A stretch of DNA of 64,000 bases from Cenarchaeum sp. Lineage in GTDB: Archaea > Thermoproteota > Nitrososphaeria > Nitrososphaerales > Nitrosopumilaceae. Location of the stretch: the NCBI GenBank assembly GCA_965242695.1, contig CBDESU010000001.1:448001-512000 (forward strand), read 5' to 3'. Position 1 is the stretch's first letter. Each line of letters begins with the position of its first letter. A program made the position numbers and the translations under genes. The notes beneath the pieces are model-generated. The model did no database searches. It saw only the letters and a list, made by a program, of their open reading frames with translations, and had not been told where the DNA came from. This document shows, piece by piece, positions 22,701-31,700 of this stretch.

Positions 22701-25700
22701 GACGCGGACACGGCGCACCCCTCGGTGGCCCTTACGCGGATGCAGCTTGCGGCCGCATCGTCGGCGCACCGCGCCGCCTCGCAGGGGCCGCAGCAGGACG
22801 ACGGCGCCTCCCTGCTGCTCGACATTGCAGAGGGGGCTGTGATCAACGCAGCCGGAATTCCGATTCGGGGCGTAGAGGGGCTTGCCCTTGGCGTGCGCGA
22901 CGACACGACGGGGCCCGCGCCGGACGCCGTCCGCGCCGCCTCGCTGGACATGGGCATCGGCGAGCTTGCCGTGCCGCTCGACGAGTGGGCCGACCCGGCG
23001 CAGGTCAACGCCTCTGCGATAGCGCTCCGGGCGGGAGGGCAGTCGACGGCGGTGAGGCTGGGCGGGCCGGGGGCGCCCCCTGCGCAGGCCCTGGGCGACG
23101 TCGTCGCGGTGCGCCTCTCGCCGGAGCAAAAGACGGCCGCCGCCGCGGCCCTAGAGGCGGCGCGGCAGCCGGGCGCGCCGCTGGGCCCCATGGCGGCCGA
23201 CCTTGACGCCGGCGCCTTTGCCGACCTGTCGGGCAACCCGTCGGGGCGGGCATCGGCGCTGCCCGTCAACGTGACTGCCGATGCGCTGCCGCCGGGCCTT
23301 GCCGCCCCGCCGGCACTCGACCTCTCGTCGGGGGCCCTCGTGCTGCGGTTTGACGAGCAGGTCTGGGCGGCGCCGGGGGCCGACCCGTCGGGCCTTGCGA
23401 TCTCCGACTCGGCCGGGGATCATGCCACGCTGCTATCGGGCGCGGCGCTCCCGTCCGACCCCGACGTCGCCGTCGTACTGGCCCTCTCGCAGGCGCAAAA
23501 GGCGTCCGTCGTCGGCGCGCTCGCCGCCATCGCCCCCGCCTCCGACCTGTACCTGTCCATTCCCGCCGGATTCTTCGTCGATTCTGGCCGGCTCGGCTCG
23601 GCGGCCGTGCAGCGCGTGCCGGTCGCAGTCGCACTCGATGCGGCCCCGCCCGAGCTGTCCGCCCCTGCGGGCCAGCCACACGCGCTGGACCTGTCCGCCG
23701 GAACGCTGGCGCTGCGGTTCGACGAGCACGTCGATGCGGCGCGCACCGATGCGGCGGGCCTGAGCCTTGTCGGGGCGGCGGGGGCCGGCCGGGTGCCGCT
23801 CGCAGGCGCCGCCGTGTCGGCTGCCAACGGCGCGTCTGCCGGCGGCCTGCTCGTCTCGCTCACGCCGGATCAGAAGGCGCGCGCCGTCGCAGTCGGCGCG
23901 GCGGGACTCGATGCGTCCGGCTCGTCCGTCTTTGACCTGTCGGGCAACCCGATGCGCGCCGTCCGTTCGATCCCGCTCGGCGTCTCTGCCGACACGGCCC
24001 CGCCGGATCCAGACGAGGCCGGCATCGTGCTGGACCTCTCGGCCGGCACGCTCGAGGTGAGGTTCGACGAATACGTCGACGCCTCGCGCATGAACGCATC
24101 GCTCATACGGATACTCGACGGGCTTGGCGTGGAGCACGCCTCGCTGGCGGGGGCCTCGGCCGCGCCGTCGGCGGGCGACGGCACGGTCGCGGTCGTCTCG
24201 ATGACCGCGCACCAGGAGGCGTCCGCTGTCGAGGCCACGCGGGCGGCCGAGGGCCGGCCGGCGCTCGCATCGATCGCCGCCGGCGCGTTCTACGACCTGT
24301 CGGGGAACCCGTCGCCGGCCGTGCGCGCCGCCCAGATTGTACTGGCCGCCGACGGCGATCCGCCGCGCCTGGCCGACGGCATCGCGCCCGAGGTGGATCT
24401 GGGCTCGGGCATCCTCACCGTGCGGTTCAGCGAGTACGTCGACCTCGGGACCGCAAACCTGTCGGGGGCGGCGGTGCGCCCAGCACTCGGCGGGGATGCG
24501 CCCGCCGCCCCGGCCGTTCCGCTCGCGGGCCTGTCGGCCGGCGGCGGCGGCGGGTACGCCAGGGACATGGCGGTGGCGCTAGCCCCGTCCGGCAAGGCGG
24601 CCGCGGTTGCGGCGTACGCCGCCTCGGGCGGCCTGCTCTTGGACATGCGGCCCGGGGCCGTGGAAGACCTTGCGATGCACGGGTCGGCCGCAGTCGACGG
24701 CGCCCGCATGGCGGTCGCGCCCGACTCGACGGCGCCCGGGCTGCTGCCGGAGAATGCGACGCTGGACATGGGCCGCGGCGTCCTGCGGATACACCTTGAC
24801 GAGTACGTCGATGCGGCGGCGGCCGACGCGTCCGCGCTTGCGCTCGTGATCCTGCCTGCCGGCGGCGGCGGGGGCGGCGGGGGCGGCGGGGGCGGCGGCG
24901 GCGGCGGTGCGGAGGAGGCGGGCCGGCTGCCGCTTGCCGGCGCAAGGGCGGTCGCCAGTCCCAACGCCTCCGATTCCGGCGCCTCGGCCGGCATCGGCGC
25001 CACCGACGCGCCGGCCATCCTGCTTACCGCCGCCCAAAAGGCGTGGGCGCACCGCGTCCCCGAGGGCCGGCTCGGCCTAGAGGCGGCGCCGGGCGCGTTC
25101 GCGGACCTTTCGGGCAACCAGCTGTCCGACGCCGGCGCCCGGCTCGGGGTCGATCGCGCGCCCGACGGCATCCCCCCGGCGCTCGATCCGTCGTCGAGGC
25201 CCGTCCTGAACCTGGCCACCGGGCGCCTGGCCGTTGCCCTCGACGAGTTCGTCGACGCGCGCGCCGTCGACATGTCTGCCATTGCGATACTCGGGGGCAA
25301 CGGCAGCGGACGGCAGCCTGCCGCCGACGCCGTCGTAGTCGCATCCCTCGAGGGCGCCGCGCTGGTCGAAGGGGCCGCGCAGGGCGCGCCCGGCATCGGC
25401 GGCATGCCCCGCGTGCAGCTCCAGCTTACGGCCGGACAGGCGGCCGCCGCCGAGGAGTTCCGCCTGTCAGGCGCCGCCGGCGGCGCCCTCTCGATCGGGC
25501 TGCGGGCCGGCGCCTTTGCCGATCTCGCCGGCAACCCGTCGCGGGCGGTCGCCGCCGCGCCCGCCCTGGTGCTGGACGACGATGCGGCGCCCCTGCTGGC
25601 CGCCGCCCCGCTGCTCGACCTCGACGGGGCCGGCGCCACCCTGTCGATCCTGTTCAACGAGGCCGTCGATGCGCCTGCCATAGACCTGGCCGGCATTGCG

Positions 25701-28700
25701 ATAGCCGCGCCGGGCCGCGCCCCCGCCGCCGGGGCCGCGCCGGGCCTGTCCGGCGCCGCGCTGCCGGCCGCGCCGGCCCCGAACGTGTCGATATCGCTCA
25801 CGCCGGCGCAAAAGCTGCGCGTGCTCGGCGACCTGTTCGATCCGGACGGCCCCGGATCGCTCGAGCTCGGAATATCGCCCGCGGCCGTCTCGGACCTGGC
25901 CGGCAACGCATTTGCGGGGGTCAACGGCTCGTACCTGCCGGTGCGCCCGGACACGACGCCCCCGCGCCTTGCAGCTCCGCCGGTCCTCGACCTGGGGGCC
26001 GGCACCGTCAGAATCGAGCTCGACGAGGCGGTGCTGGTGCCCGCCGGCGCCGATCCGGCCGCCGGCATGCTGCTGGGCCTTCCCGCGTCCGGCCCCGCGG
26101 CTGCACTCGTGGGCATGGGCGGCTCGGAAATGTCCCTCTCGCCCGGCAGGGATGCGATCCTGGTGTCGCTGACGGCTGCGCAAAAGGCGTCCGCGGTGGC
26201 GGCCGCGGCGCGGCAGGCCGCCGCCCCGCACTCGCTGATCATCCCGAACGGCACGATAACGGACGTCTCGGGAAACCAGCTTGCGGGGCTCGGCCCCGGC
26301 GGCGCGGCGGCGCTCGAGGTCGCCGCCGACCATGCGCCTCCCGCAATCGCCCGCGCGCCCGTCCTCGACCTGGGCGCCGGCACGCTTGCGTTTTCGTTCA
26401 GCGAGCACGTAAACGTCTCGTCGGCCGATCCGTCGCGCATCGCCGTCGACGGCAACCCCGCGGCCGGAAACGACCACGTGCGCCTGGGCGGGAGCGGCGT
26501 CCTGGCAGGCGGCGGCCCCGGCGGCGCGGCAGGCTCGGCGGACGTCTCGCTGGCCCTCTCGCCCGACCACAAGGGGCGCATACTCGACGGCCCCGGAGGC
26601 GTCGATGCGGCCGCGCACGCGCACGCGGACATCGGCGCCGGCGCGTTTGACGATCTCTCGGGCAACCACCTGCCGCGCATCGACGATCTCGGGCTTTCGG
26701 TGGTGCCCGACCGCACGCCGCCGGCCCTGGCCGCCGCCCCCGCCATCGACCTCGGGCGCGGCATGGTCGGGCTAGAGTTCGACGAGTGGGTGGATCCGGC
26801 AAGGGCCAGCCTGCGGGCCGTCTCGCTCGCAGTGCACGCGGCGGGCGGCGGCGCCGGCAACGGATCCGATGCGGCCGGCCGCGAGCGCAGCATGGACGTG
26901 TCGGGGGCGGAGCTTGTGCAGGATCGGCGCGGCGCCGGCGCCTCGGGCGGCCACCTGGCCGAGATCCGCCTCACGGCGGACCAAAAGGCGTGGGCGTCGG
27001 CAGCATACGCGGATGCGTCGGCCGCGCGGGGCCTGGAGGTGGGCGTGCGGCTCGGCGCCGGCGCGTTCCGCGACCTGGCCGGAAACCCGCTGGCCGGCGC
27101 GGATGCCCCGGCCCGGGCGGACGTCTCGCCAGACCTGGTGCCGCCGGCGCTCGACCCGTCCAGGCCGCCCGTCCTGAACCTGGCCACCTCGACGCTGGCG
27201 ATCTACCTCACCGAGCATGCGGGCGCGCAGGGGATCGACGCATCGGCGCTTGTTCTCAGGGGGCCGCCGGGCGGCGGAGGCGGGGATCAAGGCGGCGTGA
27301 CGCTTGCCGGCGCATCGCAGGATGCCGGGTACGACCCGTCCCGCCCGCGCCTGACCCTGACGGGCGAGCAGGCGCGCGGCGCGGCGGCGGCCGCGGGGGC
27401 GTCCAATTCCACGGCCGGCCGCGGATCCCTGCTCCTTGACGCGGCGGCCGGCGCCGTCGAGGACCTGGCCGGCAACCCGTCAGAGGCGGCGCGCGGCCTG
27501 CCCGTGGCCCTTGTCGACGACGGGACGCCGCCCGAGGTGCAGCCGCCTGCCGTGCTGGATCTGGGGGCGGGCGTCCTGACGGTGCGGTTCTCCGAGGCCC
27601 TCGACCCGCGCATAGGGCTGCAGGGGATCTCCATCGCCCGGCAGGACGGCGGGGACGGCAGCCGGCCGGCAGGCGAGGACATGTCCGGCGCCGAGCTGCG
27701 CGCCGATGCCCCTGCCGATACCGTCGCCGTCCTGCTCTCGCCGGCGCAAAAGGCGTGGGCGGTGGAGGCGGCCGCCGCGGGGCCGGTAGCGCTCGCCGTT
27801 GCGCGCGGCGCCGTCGAGGACCTGGCCGGCAATCCAGTCGGGGACGAGCCCGGCGTGCCGGTCGCCGTGGAGGATGACCGCGTCCCGCCGGGACTCCTTG
27901 CCGGGGCGCGCCCCGTCGTCGACCTCAACGACGGCACGATCCTGTTCCGCTTTGACGAGTACATCGACGCCGCAACGGCCGACCCGTCGAGGATCGTCCT
28001 CCGGCTGTCCGGCCCGGCAGCCGCCGCGTTGGATCCCTCCGCGCCGGGCGGCGGCGAGACGTCGGTGCGCCTCGGCGGCCCAGCCGCCGCGCCGCCGGAG
28101 CCTGCCGCCGGCGACGGCGCCTCCCTGTCCGTCCCGCTTACGCCTGCGCAAAAGGCGTGGGCCGTCGGGACCGAGGCGGCCGCGCCGGGGCACATCCTGG
28201 TGGACATCGCCGCCGGCATGGTCGCAGACCTGTCGGGGAACCGCCTGCCGGCGGCCGGCGGCCTGGAGGATGTGGTCGTCGCCGACGCCGAGCCGCCGCA
28301 CCTGGGCGAGCCGGGGCCCGTCCTGGACATCAACCGCGGCGCGCTCACGCTCGTCTTTGACGAGCACATGGACGTGTCCGCATCCGATGCGCTGGGAATC
28401 TCCGCGAGCCGGGCGGCCGGCGGCGCCCCGATCTACCTGGGCGGCTCGATCAACGGGACGGGCGATTCCGAGACGATAGTCGTGGCGATCGGGGCCGAGC
28501 ATCTTGGCGATCTGGAAGCGGCCGCATCGGGCGGCGGCGGGCTCTTGCTGGACGTGGCGCCGCGCTCGCTGTTCGACCTGTCGGGCAACCCGTTCGGCGG
28601 ACTGGCCGCAAGCCCCGTCAGCACGCTGCGGCCGGCCGAGGTCGAGTCGGCGGCGGTGACTGGCCCCTCAGAGATCGCCGTCCGCTATACCGAGAGCCTC

Positions 28701-31700
28701 GCCGCGCCGGCCGGCATGTACTCGAACGTGGAGCTGCACCCGGGCGGGCCGCGCGGCATCGCCGGAGTCGACGGGTCGGGCGGCGCGCTGCACACGATCC
28801 GCCTGGACGGCGAGGCGGCCGCGTCGCATGCCGCCGCCACGCTCGACATTGCCGCGGTTCCGGCGGCCGCCGGGGACTCGGGGCATCGGTTTGCCGGCGC
28901 GCAGGGGGTGCGCGCCGCCGACGGGCAGGAGCCCCGAGCGGCGCGGGCCGTCGCGTTCTCCGGCTCGGCCGTCCTGGTCACGTTCAGCGAGGCCGTCAGG
29001 GGAGCCGATGCGTCGGGCCTGTCGCTGGAGGGGGCGGCCGGCGGCGATCCGCTCCGGCCGCTGTCCGCCGGCGGAACGGGCGCCTCGCGGCTCTACGACT
29101 TTGCCGGCGCGCCGCTTGCCGAGTACGCGGGCGGCATGGATGCGGTCCTGGCCGCCGGCTCGTACGGGGATGCGGCGGGCAACCAGGGCGCGGCGGCCCG
29201 CATCGGCGTGCGGCCCGCACCGGACGGGTTCGAGTCGCCCGCCGGCGCGCCGGTCCCGATCAGGCAAGACATGGCGGCCACGTCCATATCGGGGGATGCG
29301 CCGAGCATCGACGTCTCGCACATTGCCGACGCGCCGTTTCCCGACCGCGCCGTAGTCGTCTCGTCGAACGCGTCGAACGCGACGGTCACGTTCCCGCCGG
29401 GCGTGGCGATAACGGGCGGCCTGCCCCCCGACGGCGTCATCTCCGTCCTGCCGGCCGCGCGCGCCGTGGAGGATCGCAGCGGGATAGGTGCCGGCCGGAT
29501 AGTCGCGCTAGTCGAGGTAGGCCCTGCGGCCGGCACGATCGCCTTTGATGCGCCGATCCGCATCGCGCTCGCCGGCGCGGCCGGGGCCGAGGCCTTTTGG
29601 ATCGGCGAGGACGGAGCGGCGCGCCTGATTGCGGCGCAGTGCGCGGCCGACTCGCACGAGGCGGCCGCCGCGCAGCTGCGCGGCGCGGGCGAGTGCGCCA
29701 TGGACTCTGGCCCAGACAAGGTCGTCTACACCTACCACCTAAGCGCGTTCGGGGCAGTCGAGCGGCCCGCTGCCGCTGCCGCCGGCGGGGACGGAGACGG
29801 AGGCGCCGGCGGAGGCGCCGGCGGAGGCGCAGGAGGCGCCGACAGGGGCGCAGGCGCAGGCACAGGCGTAGGAGGCGCGCCGCTGCCGGCCCCGACCGGC
29901 CCCTGCGCGTCCGACGTCGACCTGTGCCGCATATCCTCCGTGTCTGGGTTTGGGCAGGCCGGCGCGGCGCTCGGCCCCGTCGCCGCGGCGCCTGCCTCGC
30001 ACGGCGGCCTTGTGTACATTGCCGAGGCGTCGGGCCCCGCCGGCCCCGACGGCGGCGCCTCCGCCTCCGCCGCCACGTCCATCCTGGCGTACGATCCGGC
30101 GGGCCCCTCGCCCTCGCCGCCGGCGGCGCGCTACGAGGTCGGCGGCACGGTATCGGCGATGATGTTTGATGCGCGGGAGGGCCGGCTGGTTGCCGCCTCG
30201 CACGGTGGAGACGAGGGCGGCGGGCCCGCCGGGGCGCCCGCCCGCCTGCACGTGATCGCAGCCGACCTGTCCGAGGGCGCCGACACGCCGCTTGCCTACA
30301 GGGACCGCCTCGGCAGGAATGCGCCCGCCGGCGCCGTCCCTGCGCACCTTGCGGCGGGGCCGGCCGGCATCGTACTGGTCGGCATGAACGCAGAGGGCGC
30401 GGCCCACGACGGGTACATGGAGGACGGGCCGATCCTGTCCGTAGACTACCGCGCCGGAGAGGTGCTGCCCATGTACGGCCCTGGCGAGATCCCGTCGCCG
30501 TCGGGGTACTACTATCCGCTGCAGGGGTGGCAGCCGACGGCGATGGCGGCCAGCTCGGACGGCATGGCGGCGTACATGGCCGGCGCCGTGTGGCTGCCAG
30601 GCAACGACCTGCACACGAGGCCCAACGCGTACGGCCTGCAGGCCGTATCCTTTGACGGCGCGGACGGCCGGTTCACGCCCCGGTACACGCTGCTTGACGG
30701 GGGGCGCCTCGACCTGTCGATCCTGCCCGATCCGGACGGCGGCGAAGGCGGCGCCAGGGCGGGCACGGCGGCGGCCGGAATGGCCCTTTACGAGGCCGCC
30801 TCCCGGCTGTACGTCCTGTTCGAGAACGGGACGCTTGCCGCGTACGGGACGGCGCCGCTCGAGCTGCTCCACGTCGTCGATCGGCTCGGCGCCGGCTCGG
30901 AGCCCGCGGGCCTTGCGATAGACCCCGCCGCCGGCCTGCTGTACGCGGCGACCGGGTCCGGCCTTGCAATGTACTCGGTGCCCGGCGATCGCCTCTTGGA
31001 CTACAGGGACCTGGACGGCATGCCGGCCGGAGTCGCCGTCGCGCCGTCCGATCCGGCCGCCACCGCCACCGGCGGCGGTGCGGGCGGGGCCGTCGCGTAC
31101 GTCCCGACCGCGGCGCCGGACTCGCAGCCGCTGGCCGCCAGGCCGGCCCCTGCCGGCGGCGCGCAGCCGCCGCCCGCGCCGCCGACGCCGCCCGCGCCCC
31201 AGCCTCCCGTCGTCGTGGTGGCCACGCCGCCCGCTCCCGCACAGTCGCCCTTTGGGCCGGGGAGCGGCGGAGGCGGAGGCGGCGGAGGCGGCGGAGGCGG
31301 AGGCGGCGGAGGCGGCGGAGCATGGCCCAGCGTCTCGATACGCTCCGTGTCGTGGGACTGCAGCAGCGCAGTGCTCGAAGCCGTCCTGTCGCACGCGGCC
31401 GGCGCCTCTGTCGACGTGCACGTGTCCTCGTCGGAAGGGAGCGTCAGGGCGCACAGGGCGGCAGCGCAGGGGGCAGGCGATGCGGCCGGCCTTGTCGCAT
31501 ACGAGGCCCCGCTGCCGGCCGATGCGGTGGTGAGCATAAGGGCCCTTGCCGCCGACGGCCGGCTGGTCGGCTCCGACACGCGCACGGTTCGAACCGGCGG
31601 GCAGTGCGAGGGGACGGTCGAGTTTTTGCCGGCAGGGGATGCCGCCCCGGCCGCCGCCCCGGCAGGGAGCGGCGGCGGATCTGCGGATGCCGCGTACGGG

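Noticed and set aside
16701-23129. 2142-aa antisense ORF (and others such as 5716..8934, 3048..6845, 20090..23269)
   Set aside because: Shadow frames of GC-rich genes. 16701..23129 is in codon register with the sense gene, where TTA/CTA/TCA codons are rare; the products are R/G/A/P-rich with no motifs.
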